This document shows positions 25,317 through 38,045 of a DNA stretch of 64,000 nucleotides, piece after piece (position 1 is the first letter of the stretch; each line of letters begins with the position of its first letter). Below the pieces are notes generated by a model. It saw only the letters and a program-made list of their open reading frames with translations, had not been told where the DNA came from and searched no databases. The stretch covers positions 930,001 to 994,000 of the forward strand of contig OZ218952.1 in NCBI GenBank assembly GCA_965112735.1, written 5' to 3'. Origin of the DNA: Phaeosaccion multiseriatum (lineage: Eukaryota > Protista > Ochrophyta, other classes). The position numbers and the translations under genes are program-made.

Positions 25317-27657
25317 GAGGAGGAGGAGGAGGAGAGTCGAACGGGGACCAGCAGCGGCACGGCAGTAACACCAGCCATGCGTCCGAGGAGTACGAAGATT
25401 ACGAGGCAGACGACCTGCACGGAGGTTGCCAGGCGAGTCGGTGTGGGGTGCAGATATGTGGTTCGTTGTTCAAGCAGGGCAACAGAGTCAAGACGTGGAA
25501 GCAGCGGTGGTACGTGGTGGTGAATCAGTGCATTTACTACTACCAGGGTGAGCACCACCGCCTGCCCAGGGGGGTAATGTTCTTGACAGGGGCGTTTGTG
25601 GACGATGCGAGTGAGCCCGAGGCAGAGAAGAAGAACTATTGGGCGCTGGACATTACTCGAGAAGGCACCACGCGGAGGCTGTATGCGAGGAGCAAGGTGA
25701 GGGGGCAAGGAGGCCGGAGTAAAGGGAGTGGGGAGGGGGGAGGGGGGGGGGGGCGGATCGTAGGTTTTGGTTTAGTGCCTTTTGTCACATCTCGAATCCG
25801 TTTTTTGTGAACGGAGGGGAAGCACTCATGTTTGTTTGTAACTGACCTCTGAAGATTTTTTTTTTTAACCGGCGCCTCCGCCCTCCCCCCCCCCTTTATC
25901 CCCTGCCTTCCTCCCCCCCCCCCCTCCCCTTTCCCTTCTTTTCCTTCCCCACTCCTCAACCTCGCTTTCTCTCCCTCTCTCATCTCTCCCTTCTTACCTA
26001 TCCACACACACTCTAACCAAACAGGCAGACCGCGACTTGTGGGTTTCCGAGCTGCGTCAGGCAAGCACCGTCGTGCCCATCGAGGACAAGTACAACATCG
26101 GAGAGGAGGTGGGGGTGGGACGCTTCAGCAAGGTGCACATGTGCGTGGACAAGAAGACATTGGAGCGCAAGGCAGTCAAGATTATTGAGAAGGAGAGCAT
26201 GGACGAGGAGGAGCGAGAGCTGCTGCATGCGGAGATTGCCATCATGAAGATTGTTCGCCACCCCAACATCATCCGCATGGAGGCCGTGTACGAGTCGCGC
26301 AACTCGATCTTCATTGTAAGTTGTTTGTTTCATTCATTCATTCATTCATCCTCGAAGCTTACGTAAGGGGTTAATATTTACCTCTTAACCTTCCATGTTT
26401 TCCAATTCATGTGTACCTATACTTACGTGCTGGGTGATGTATGTGTATCTATACTTACGTATGTATGTACGTGTGTATGTATGTATGTATTGCTCTGTAG
26501 GTGATGGAGCTGCACTCCGGAGGGGAGCTGTTTGACCGCATCGTGGGAAAGCCCCGCTTCAGCGAAGACGAGGCGTTCCAGGTGGTCTATCCCCTGGTGG
26601 AGAGCGTGGCGTATCTGCACGAGATGGGAGTGGTACACAGGTGAGTGAGTGAGTGAGTGAGTATGTGTGTGTGTGAGTATGCGTTTGTGTGTGAGAGAGA
26701 GAGTATGTGTGTGTATGCGCGTCTTCCGTGGAGGGCGGAAAGAGGGGAGCGGGGGGGGGGGGGGGAGGACGCCAAGGAAGGAGAGTGGGAGAGATCGAGG
26801 GAGGGAAGTTGTGGAGAAGGGAAGGCGTTGCAAGCATTGCCACTTCCCTACATGTCTTTCTTACTGCATTCCCTTTGTCCTTCTGGTGCTGACCACCTTT
26901 TCTTCACTCTCTTCCTTTTTGTTTCAATTCTCCTCGTCCGTCTTCACACACCTCCACCACAATACCATGACATCAACATGACATCAACAGGGATCTCAAG
27001 CCCGAGAACATTCTCTGTGGGGAGGATATTGCAGACATTAAGATTGCTGACTTTGGCCTCTCAAAGATGGTCATGCCCGATGAGCTCATGAAGATGCCGT
27101 GCGGCACGTTGAGCTACGTGGCACCCGAAGTCCTGACCCTCAAGGGCTACGGCAAGGAGGCGGACATTTGGAGTGTGGGGGTGATTACGTACTTGCTGGT
27201 GCGAGGAAGGCTGCCCTTTGATGGTGACTCTCGTGAGGAGATTATCGAGAATACCATCAACGGAAACCTCCCCGGGGTGGAGGAGGATGACGTGTGGGCA
27301 AGCTTCTCACCGGACCTGCGCGATATGATGGTTGGGATGCTTAACAAGGATAGCAAGAAGCGACTCACAGCCAAACAATTGTTGGAGCACCAATGGGTGA
27401 CGGAGCGTGTGGACCGTCTCATTGACGACTCTTTGGATGACGGCAGCACTCACAGGTTCCAGGACCACCACGCCCACCGCCACCACGACCACACCCACTA
27501 CAACGGAAGCAACGGACACGGAAGCAACGGTAACGGGAACGGACACACGCACTATCAGCGAGGCAGCTGCGCGAGTCAGAGCAGCAGCGTGCAGGGAGGC
27601 GGGGTGGGGTATGAGACGAACGGGTATGGACACACACACACCACCACTCACCGGTGA
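23281..27657 (+). CDS. EF-hand + PH + CAMK-family kinase (CDPK7-like architecture)
   Basis: Exons ~23281-23311 (uncertain), 23468-23599, 23877-25696, ~26024-26315, 26501-26640, 26991-27657. IDKETFLQYFPLPGLLGERLFAVFD, EF-hands; PH (GSLFKQGNRVKTWKQRWYV); kinase motifs GVGRFS, AVKII, HRDLKPEN, DFG, CGTLSYVAPE, DIWSVG. Confidence 0.9.
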
Positions 27658-29052
27658 CCGATGGGTGACTCCGATGACGGGTGACCTGCGCAAGGGCTTT
27701 GGGGTCACAAGGTCTGTGTTTGGGGCAGCGCGGGCTGCAGGCGTTGGTGATACACCACCAGCAGTTGGCGAGCATGCAGCATGCAGTCGAAGCAAGCAGC
27801 AGGCAGTAGAGGAAATTTGGGGGGGGGGGGGGGGGGCATGGGCATACTCCTCCTACTCCTCGAGTTGGGGCCTCGCAACTTTTTTTTCTCTTTGATGTTG
27901 GGGGGGGGCTCTTTTGAAATCTTGAAAATCTTTCCCTTTTGTACATTAGTACCCACCGTGTGGCTTGGCATCAATTTTTGATAAAAGCATTTTGGGATGG
28001 CAATGGCACGGAGGGTGAAGGGGGGGGGCGGAAGAGCTCTGGAGCAACGGTTGAAAAAAATGTGGAATGGGAAGGTAAAGAAGAAATGGGGCTTGAACGG
28101 AAGAAGTTTCTTCCATTGGAAGCTATGGATACTACATTGATATCGGTCACAAGATCGATACTGGTGTGTGTGTGTGTGTGTGTTTTCAGGCCTTGCCATT
28201 AAATATAAATATATAACTACTGAGAACTAAAAGACGTGTGCCATACGTGTATCATTACATCGTAGTCTTACATACGTAGTACGTAATTGTATTGGGGAGA
28301 AGCGGAAGGGTGCATTGAGAGTTGTCGTTTTCCTTCCACTCCCCTCACATACATTTTTGTCCTCTCTTCTCCCTTTTGAGATGAATCAATGCCTCAGTTA
28401 CCCAACAAATAGGTGCTAAAAATGCCTTTCCATTGCACTGTTTGATCTCTGCTGCCGCTTCGGGTCCTTCACACTCTTTCTCTCTCTTTCTTTCTCTCTT
28501 TGCCACGTACCTACACCCAGTGCTACATCCCCTCCCCCCCATACACGCACGCACACACATATACACACACACACACACAGCCCTGGTAAGGAGGCTCAAG
28601 ATATCACAATGAGCGTAGCATGCCCTCGTGCTCTTTTCGCTTGAAGCTGCTGCTGTTGCTTTTACTTCTACTGCTGCTGCTGCTCTTGGTAGTGGTGGTG
28701 TTACTGTTGGTGGTGGTCGTGGTGGTCTTCCTTGCTGTGCTGAAAGCCGCCCCCTTTCCCCCCCTTGCCCTTCCCCTTTGTCTCCCGCAAAAAACCTTGC
28801 TCTCTCTTCTCTCTCTCCCTCTCTCCCTCCCTCACTCACTCACTCAATCAATCTCTCTCTCTCACCCACTCACAGCCTACTACTGCACTTTCGCCACCTG
28901 TGATTCTCATGAACACATACACGCATGACGAGTGGCACACACTTTGTCACCAGAGGTGCACCAAATGTGAGGTCTCTCCACCCCTCCAGACCATCTCATC
29001 CTCCATAACCGTAATACTTGGTACATGGGACTTTGTGCCACCACCACACTAC

Positions 29053-30664
29053 TCACCCCCCCCTGCCCCTCGCCCACAACCCGGCCCCCACCTTCCTCCC
29101 CTTAGCAGCCACTTCCTCCTCCCCTTCCTTCGTTCCCTTCCCCTCCCTCTCCCCCCCCCCCTCCTCTCCCTCCTCCTCCTCCCCCTCCCCCTCCTCCTCC
29201 CCCTCCTCCTCCTCCTCCTCCTCCCCCTCTTCCTCCTTCTTTGCGGCCTTCGCCGCCTCCACCGCCCTCTTCACAATATCAGAGGGAATCCAAGCAGCCG
29301 CCGCCCCTGCCCCCCCCCCCTCCACCCCTCCTCCTCCTCCTCCTCCTCCTTCCAGCTCCATCACATTCTCAGGTGTCCGCTTGGCCCCAAATATGTCCGA
29401 CAGGGTCCTCTCCCCCACCACCTCCTTATCCAACAACTCGTCTCGGAGTCCCTCCAGCCCGTCTCTCTTGGCCCTTAGTAGCGCCTTTGCTCTCTCGTAC
29501 TGCTCCGCAAGCACCCTCTTCACCTCTTCATCCAACGCCGTCGCCGTGCTCTCCCCAACCTCCAATCGTCCGTACTCCTTCCTCGGCACGTAGAGCCCCA
29601 TCGTCGTTCCATAGCCCCACTTGGTCACCATCTGAAGTATCAACTCGGAGGCCCTCTCTAGGTCCGACACCGCTCCCGACCCCACACTCTTCTCTCCATA
29701 GACCACCTCCTCTGCGGCCCTACCTGCCAGCATCATGCACACCTTGTCGAGGAAGTGGTCCTGCACGCTGTTGGTGCGCTCCTGAGGAATGGGGAGGAGG
29801 AGGAAGGGGAGGAGGAAGGGGAGGAGGAGGAGGAGGAGGAGGAGGAGGAGGAGGAGGAGGAGGAGGATTAGCGTGGGCGTGAGCTTGAGTAACTACGCAA
29901 CCAAGAACAGCCAACCAACCAACCAACCAACCTCAATCATTCGACCAACAAATCAACCATTGTAACCAATCCTCCCTCCGCCCCTCCCTCCCTCCCTCCC
30001 TCCCTCCCTCCCTCCGTCCGTTCCTCCCTCACCCCCTCTCAACAACCCCAACCCTAGCACACTACAACGTACCGGGTCCAGCGACTGCGAATACCCCAAC
30101 GTGGAGCCCCTCCACACGATGCTGACCTTGACCACTGGTGCCGTGAAGGGCAGCAGCCACCCCACCGCGGCATGTCCGGCCTCATGCACTGCCGTTCTCT
30201 TGCGATCCTCTGCCGACTCATACCTGCTCGGAGTGAGAGAGGGAAGGAGGGAGGGAGGGGAGGGAGGGTGGGAAGTGAGTGTTGATCGATCGATCGTGCG
30301 TGAGTGAGGTATGCACTCTGTCACATTCGTTCCTTCGTGTTCCTTTGTTCGTTCCGCTCCTTCCTTCCTTCCTTCTTAAATCACCCACTCGTCTCACTCA
30401 TGTATGCACACCTACCTGCCCTGCCTCGGCGAGCCCGTCGCTACACGGTCCACTGCCTCACTCAGGTGGGAGGACTCGACCATGCTGCAATTGGCCCTCG
30501 CTGCGATGAGCCCCGCTGTGTTGCAAATGTTCTCAATGTCGGCTCCGACACATCCCGGAGTGAGCTCGGCCATGCGGGTGGCGAGGACGTGTCTGTCTTG
30601 TTGAAGGAGATCGGCCTTTGTAGCGTCAACGTTCTTGCTGCTCTTCTTGCTGCTACTACTGCTG

Positions 30665-30706
<42 letters not shown>

Positions 30707-31553
30707 CTGTTATTGTTGCTGTTGCCCCGGAGTCTCGTTCGCTCGGCCTCTTCCTTCCTCTCCTTCTCCTGTAACGTAAGCAACGCAGCAGGCGTTAAAG
30801 CAAGCGGGAGGGGGGGGTGGGGGGGGCAGTTTTGGAGGGGACAAGAGGACGGAGCGCCAAGGTTGGGGAACGCAGTGTAAGATAAGGTAAAAGATAAGGA
30901 AAGGTAACGTAACGTAACGTAAGGTAAGGTAAGGCAAGGAAAGGATAAGTAAGATATAAGATTAGGTAAGATAAGGTAAGATGTGAGATAAAGGTAAGGT
31001 AAGGCAGGGCAAGGCAAGATGAAGCTCCCCCTCCCTCCCCTCCCCTCCTCTCCCCTCCCCTTCCCTCCTCTCCCTCTCCCTCTCTCACCTTCTCCTCCGC
31101 GCTGTCCTCCTTCATCAGCTTCAGCCCCTCCCCTCTGTCCCCAGGCTTGAGCCTAATCTTTTTCATGTACATCTCAAAGAGCATCACTCTTCCCTTCTTG
31201 TCGGGCGGCTCCACCTCCACATGCATGTCAAACCTTCCACTCCGCATCAACGCAGGGTCCAAAATGTCCTTCCTGTTGGTTGTGGCCATCACCACAATAC
31301 CCTCGTTGCGATTGAAACCGTCCATCTCCGACAAGAGTGAGTTAAGAGTGGCCTCTCTATCAAGAGTGAGGCTCTGCCCGCTGCTGGAGCCTCTCTTCTT
31401 GCCCACGTAGTCAATCTCGTCCAGGAAGATGATGCCTCGCTTGTGTCGGCGTGCCTCTTTGAAGAGCTGCTTCACTTTGGCCACACCCACGCCCGCGTAG
31501 ATCTGCGTGGAAGTCGAGCGGAGGTCGAGTGGTGGAACAGCAGCCGCCGAGAG

Positions 31554-31600
<47 letters not shown>

Positions 31601-34600
31601 TAGACAGACAGACAGACAGACAGACAGGCAGACAGACAGACAGACAGGGAGAGACGAAGACAGAGAGAGGGAGAGAGAAACAAGAGACAGAGATGAGATG
31701 AGGGACAGAAGAACAGAGCTAAGACAAATAAATAGGGAGGGAGACGAGCACGTTTTGCTTGGGGGTTGTCGTTTGTCGCTCTTTCTTGGATTCCTTGCAA
31801 AATGTGAGCAATTACCCTCGGCAAAGGCAGACACAGGGCCTCTGTGGGATTCTTCTGACCAAGCCCTGATGGATGCGATTCACAAATCGATCCCTCAGCG
31901 CAGTGCTGCCAGCTCCTCCTCTTCTCCCCTCCTCTCCTTCCCTTCCTTCGTTCCCACTCTCCCTCATCCCCCCCCTCCTCCTCTGTCTATATAACATGCA
32001 GAACATCTGCAGGCGCAGCGTAATCGTACCGAACTTACTTACCCCGTTAAAGTCGCTCCCACAGGCATAGAAGAAGGGCACTTTGGCTTCTCCCGCACAC
32101 GCTCTGCCCAGTAGGGTCTTGCCAGTCCCCGGTTCGCCTGTAGGGGTAGGTAGGTAGGTAGGTAGGTAGGTAGGTAGGTAGGAAGTAGGTAGGCAGGTAG
32201 GTAGGTAGGTAGAAGAAGTAGGGAGGTAGGTAGGTCGTTTAGTTGGCACATAGGATAGGTAGATAGGTAGGTAGGTAGGTAGGTAGGTAGGTAGGTAGGC
32301 AGGTAGGTAGGCAGGTAGGTAGGTGGGTAAATAGGTAGGTAGGTAGGTAGGTAGGTAGGTAGGTAGGTAGGTAGGCAGTGGGGTGGATTAAGTCATGGGA
32401 GACAGGACCTTTAATGCAAGGTGAGGTTGGGGGGGGGGGGGGGAAGTATACACACACGCACACACACAGACACACAGAGAGAGACAGAAAGAGAGAGAGA
32501 CACACCACTTACCCACGAGAAGGATTCCCCTTGGGGGGTTGGCACCCAAGTCCGCATACTTCTTGGGACTGGTGAGGAAGTTGACCACCTGCTGAAGCTC
32601 ACCCAGCACCTCCTCACACCCAATCACATCCTTGAAGGACGGGTTGTCTTGTCGCTGCCCCCCCCTCTCGATGCTTCGGCGGGCCTCACTCTCCTTGACG
32701 AAGCTTGCGGCGGCCCTGCCGAGTGTCTCTTGAATCACCAACCGGCTAAAGTACGCTACACTTACGAAGACTGTGATATCAAGGTGGTTGGTTCGTTTGG
32801 TCGTTGCGTGGGTGGTTGTGGTTGGTTGGATTGGTTGAGTGGTTTGAGTGGTTTGAGTGGTTGAGTGGTTGGTTGGTTGGTTGGTTGGTTGGTTGGTTGA
32901 ATGATTCGTTGGTTGATGGTTGGTTGGTTGTGTGGGTGATTGGATTGATTGCAGTGCCCGTCCATTTGTTTCGCGACGAGACGCGACACGCACGCAAGAC
33001 AGACGCAAGCAAAAGGGGGAAGCAGCAGGGTATGGGAAGGAGAGGGAAGGACGGGCAACAGGATGCCGAAGGCTTGGGTCACGACACATCAGCAGACGCC
33101 GCTGCCAGCTGCTGTTTGACCCTGACACAAGCTGCTGATTGCTCTCCTTCCATCCCCACCATCATATGACTCACAGAGCATTCCCTCACGACATACACAA
33201 ACGCAACACATACAACACAGGTTGTAAAACGAATCCAAACGTACCAAGCTGACCAACGAGAAGGCCCACCCCTAGGCCTGGCTCCTCCTGTGACTCCGCC
33301 ACCTGTTGTTGTTGTTGTTGTTGCTGCTGCTGCTGCTGCCAACTGCCCACTCCTCCCCTCCCTCTTGCTGTTCCTCTAGCCTCGTCTCGGGCTCTGGAGC
33401 GTGCTGCTGCCGCCCTATTTCTCCTCCTCCTCCTCCGCTCAATCTCCCTGTGCCGGCGGCCATCAGTCTTGCTGAGGGACTTCATGTCCTCCTCGTCCTG
33501 CTCAATCTCGGCCCGGAGTCCTTGGGCCTCTCTCACCACTTCCTCTAGTTGCCTTAGGTGAGTGAGCTCATCTTCGCATACGCCGCGTTGGTTCTGGTGT
33601 TGATAAGGGAGAGAGGAGGGAGAGGGGGAGGAGAAGGAGGAGGAAGAAGAAGAAGAAGAAGAAGAAGAAGAAGAAGAAGAAGAAGAAGAAGAAGAAGAAG
33701 AAGAAGGAAGAGGAGGAGGAGGAGGAGGAATAAGAGGGCTGCTATTACCGAGGTGTGCAAGCGATTGGGCATACACACATACATTCACAAACCCATGGAC
33801 CAAAACAACGAGCCCTGCTCTTCCCTTCCTCTTCCTCTCCCATTTCCCATTTTCTCTCCTCCTCCCTTCCCTTCCCCTCCTGTCCCCTCTGTCTGCCCAC
33901 CCACCTGGAGGGACGCGATTTTCTGCTCAATGACGTGGAGGTACTGCTGGTCCCACTGCACCTGCTGCTGGTGCTGTAACAAGGACTGCACTCCGGCCTC
34001 CGAGGTGCCTCCCTCCACAGGCATCTCACTACCCTCCTGCCTCCCCTGCTGCTGCCCCTGCTGCTGCTGATCGGACCGAAGGTAGAGCCTCGGCCCCTGC
34101 CCCTGCCCCTGGCCATGCTGTATCACCAAGTGCTGCTGATCCTGGGGCTGCTGCTGCTGCTGCTGCTGCTGCTGTGCTTCCCGTCTCTCTTGACTGCGTG
34201 CCCTCTCAGACAGGTCGATGACAATGGCCTGCCCGAGCTGTGCCGCGGAAGCCACGTTGCCGAGCACGCAAAAAGCCCCAAACTCTTCCGGGGTGAGAGT
34301 TACCGAGTCGCTGGTGGCGGTGATTGCACCCTCCTCGTCTCCCCCACTCACTCCTCCTGCCCCTGCGAGGCCTTCAAGCGATACTCCTCCTCCTTCTCCT
34401 CTCGCTTCGTCACCACCAGGAGAGAAGAACAAACCCCGGCGGCCACTGCTGCTGCTACTACTCCCACTACCTCCCGCTCCGTCCGTAGGTGCACCTCCGC
34501 TGCTGCTGTCGCTACTCATTGGTCTCTTTTGCCTCTCTGCTCCCCTCACACCTCTTCCCCACCGATTGCCGCTACTGTTGCGGCCACTACCGCTGCTGCT

Positions 34601-35035
34601 GCTGCTGCTGCTGCTGCTGCCGCCGCCGCTGCTGGTGCCCCCAGCCCCCGCGTTCTTGCTACCATCCTTCTCATCCCTACTACTGCCGCTTATGCTTTCA
34701 CTCCCATCCCGAGTCTGGTCTCTAGCAGTAGAGGCAGAAGTAGCGCCCGCTTTGGAATCTGCAGGTGCGTTTTTCCACACATTGCCCAGCCAGCCCCCGC
34801 CCCGCAGCTGCTTCGCTTTGTTCAATGAAGGAAGACTGGAGGGGACAGGAGGGAGAGAGGACACACTTCGTTGAGAACAACTGTGCCTTCTCCCCGCTCG
34901 CTGGAGCTCAACTCCCCCCGCTCCTCCCTCTCCGCCTCCCGATGCCGCTGCTGCTGTAGCCCTCGCCGCTGATGACAAGCCGCTCCCGCCCACGGCACCA
35001 CAGCACGTGAGGAGCAAGACTCTCTTCATGCTCAT
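29053..35035 (-). CDS. FtsH-family AAA+ zinc metalloprotease (m-AAA/paraplegin-like), one predicted TM; the C-terminus may extend via another exon near 28600-28740
   Basis: Exons ~35035-33905, ~33605-33244, 32770-32512, ~32138-32042, ~31503-31089, ~30769-30416, ~30223-30072, ~29782-29053. Motifs: [16 protein letters not shown]|EPGTGKT (Walker A), IIFLDEID (Walker B), [12 protein letters not shown] (SRH), HEAGH, GRAAEE, GAVSDL. Confidence 0.92.
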
Positions 35036-35158
35036 GCATAGAATGTGGGGCCGGGTCGGATCGGGGGAAGAGGGGAAGAGGTCGTCGAGTAAGTCAACGG
35101 GACCTACACGCGGAAGGGAGGGAGCAAGGGATGAGGTGTATTATAAAAGAAGAAGACA

Positions 35159-36973
35159 ATGAATAGATTTACGACAATGTTTCGGCAGCAGGACCAGGCT
35201 GAGCCGACGGTGGTTGACCACGGCGAGCAGACGGTACGGGTCTTGCCAGTGCCGGAGCGCCAAGTGCTCCTTGCTGTCGTGATGTTGGTGCTCCTTGTCG
35301 CCGCCTACGTGTTGCTCCGAAGAGTATTCGACTCCACGACACATAGGATCTCCACGTTTCGATCGACGGCAGCTTCTCATTCCACCGCGGCGAGTGCGGC
35401 AACAGCAGCTTCTATCTCCCCCTCTTCTTCTGATGAGCATGATACTGAAGCAGGGACCACTCCGGCGCTGGAATGCCCCATTTGCCTCAACAATGCTGGT
35501 GAGACGAGGTGTACTCGGTGGTGTTGCTTGTCTGGGGTTCGATGGAGAAGATGCTGCCTTTTGGAATGCCGTGCCTCCTGCCTTTCCTTTCTTCTCATTG
35601 TCTCTGCCCTCCCCTCCCCGCCTCCTCCCTCTCTCTCTCTAGATGCTCCCGTTCAGACCAACTGCGGACACACATTTTGCTCAGCATGTGTGCTTGAGTA
35701 CTGGTGAGTTGGGAGCACACTTCAGGCGCACCGCTGCTCAAGACGGTGCAAGCAAGGCTCTATTCCTCTTCAGGATCAGCCGTTGTTGGCCTCTCACTCA
35801 ATGCCTCTGTGGCTCCGCCGCCTGCCCCCCCCTTCCATTGCTCTGCGTGCTTCTCTTCCTTGTTGCGGCCGCAGGGAAAGTAAGCTCCGGGCCTCAGTCC
35901 TCCTTTGCCCATGCTGTCGCTCCAAGATATCAGTCCTCGTGCCCCAACAGACGCCCAATAGTAGCAGTAGCAGGAGCAATGGTAGCACCGGCGACAATCG
36001 AGAAGGAAGTGTGCATGGTAATGGCAGTTCAATAGAAGCGACACCAGCGTCCACGTCAGGCGGCTGGGGGCAGTCAATGGACGAGGGCATCGCCCGCTTC
36101 AACGCCCGCCAGACCGCCCCCCTGGGGCTCCTGTCAATGGTGCGGGATGCGCCCTTCCTCTTGAGACGACTCGCAGCGGACCTCTACAGCGGTGAGTGCA
36201 TTTCTTCCTTCGAGAACGTTCTTCAAAGGAACCCTCCCATCTGAACCTTCCGAGCCTTTGACCGGTCGAGGAACCTTCCCCAACCTTCCGTCTTGCTGAG
36301 AGCATCCCCAAGGGGAGTGTCAATAGCAGCCGTAGCCAGCCCCCACGCTCTGTTTCTCTTCAGAGGAGTCAGTCAGTGGGCTGGCAAGCTTCGTGAGTCG
36401 TTGAGGGCGAACTTTCTCCTGTTCAGAGGACGAGTCATTGAAGTATTCATTCCCTCTCTCTCTCTTTCTACCTCTCCCTCGTACCCTCCCTGATGTCATT
36501 CATCCATCCATCTCTCTATCCTCCCTGATCCTTTCGGTCCGTCTCTGTCTCTACCTCTGCCCTCTCTGATGCATCAGGTGACAGGCGTGTGGTCTCCACG
36601 CTAATTCGAAAGTTCTTTGTCTGGTACAACATCATACAGGTTCGTACGAGAGAGATAAGAGTATCAGTTTCCTTTAATTTGGGTTTCAGTTTCCTTGGCA
36701 GCCTCCCCGGGGGGAGGGCGACGCTTCAGAGGCACCCACGTGTGCTCCGTGGTCGGGCTTGAACGGAAAGTAAGGTGGATAGAACGATAGAACCTCTAAG
36801 AGAGGGGGAGAGAGATGAATACGGCAGTCAACGGAGAGTAAGGTGGATAGAAGGAAAGAAAACCTCGAAGAGAGGGAAGGAGAGAGGAGTAAGTCAGTGG
36901 GAGGTACAGGTGGTCTGAGCGTCGTGCGTGGGTGTCTATCTCTGTGTGCATGTGTTGTGTGTCTGTCTGTCTA

Positions 36974-37011
<38 letters not shown>

Positions 37012-37346
37012 CGGCTTGCTGTCTGGCTGGTGGTTGGCTGACTGGCTGTGTGTGTGTATATACATGTCTCTCTTTCCTTACTCTTCCCCATGTGCCTCTG
37101 TTCTACTCTTGCTCCTCTCTCCTCTTCTCTTCTCTCCTCCCCTCCCCCCCCCCCTCCCCCTCCCCTCAGCTCTCGGGCGCTTTCCTATACATGATCAGCC
37201 CCTGGGACGCCCTGCCAGAGGCCGTGATGGGCATAGCTGGCCTCATGGACGATTTGCTGGTGTGGGTGGTTGTCCTCGTTCACATCTCTACACTGTACAG
37301 AGCGACTGTGGTGTCCATCTCCAGACGGCGGGCGAGGGCAGCTTGA
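35159..37346 (+). CDS. RNF170: RING-type E3 ubiquitin ligase, RNF170-like (TM + C3HC4 RING + DUF1232)
   Basis: CPICL..QTNCGHTFCSACV..LCPCCR across exons ~35159/35177-35498, 35643-35703, 35874-36191, 36578-36639, 37170-37346. C-terminal YMISPWDALPEAVMGIAGLMDD matches DUF1232. Confidence 0.85.
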
Positions 37347-37880
37347 GGGAGGGATGGCAGTGGAAGGGCAGTTTTGAAGTGAGGGGGAGGGGGGGATGGC
37401 AGTGGATGCGCAGCTTGAAGGAGGGGTGGGGGATGGCAGTGGATGAGCCAGTGTCGCTCGACAGGAAGGAGACAAACGGGCCAGGCCTGTGAGCTGAGAT
37501 TCGATGCGGAGACGAGGGAAGCGCCTCCAGAGGCAAGGAAAGGTGCGTTGAGAAGAAAATGGATGAGTGAGCGAAGTGAGTGAGTGAGTGTGCGTAGATT
37601 TGTTTATTTTGTATACTTTCTTACTTCGAGTAGTTACTTTCTTCCGAAGAACCTTGTCCACCGAATGCACTTGAAGGATTCGATGGCAATGTGAAGTACA
37701 TATTCTATGCATCCCCTTCCTCACGAAAAGTCTGTACATTTGTCCATCTCTGTGTGTGTGCTCCTCTGTCTCCCCGCCTCACGCACACCTCTCTCTCACT
37801 CTCTCTCCCTCCCTCTCTTCTCTCTATCACCCTCCCTCCCTCTCTCTCAATCACTCTCCCTCCCTCTATATGTCACTCCC

Positions 37881-37923
<43 letters not shown>

Positions 37924-37933
37924 CACAGGCTCT

Positions 37934-38006
37934 TTATCCAGAGCTCGGAGGAAGAACTTCAAGGGACACTCCACTGATGTCGCTGCTGTTGCTGCTGTTG
38001 CTGCTG

Positions 38007-38045
<39 letters not shown>

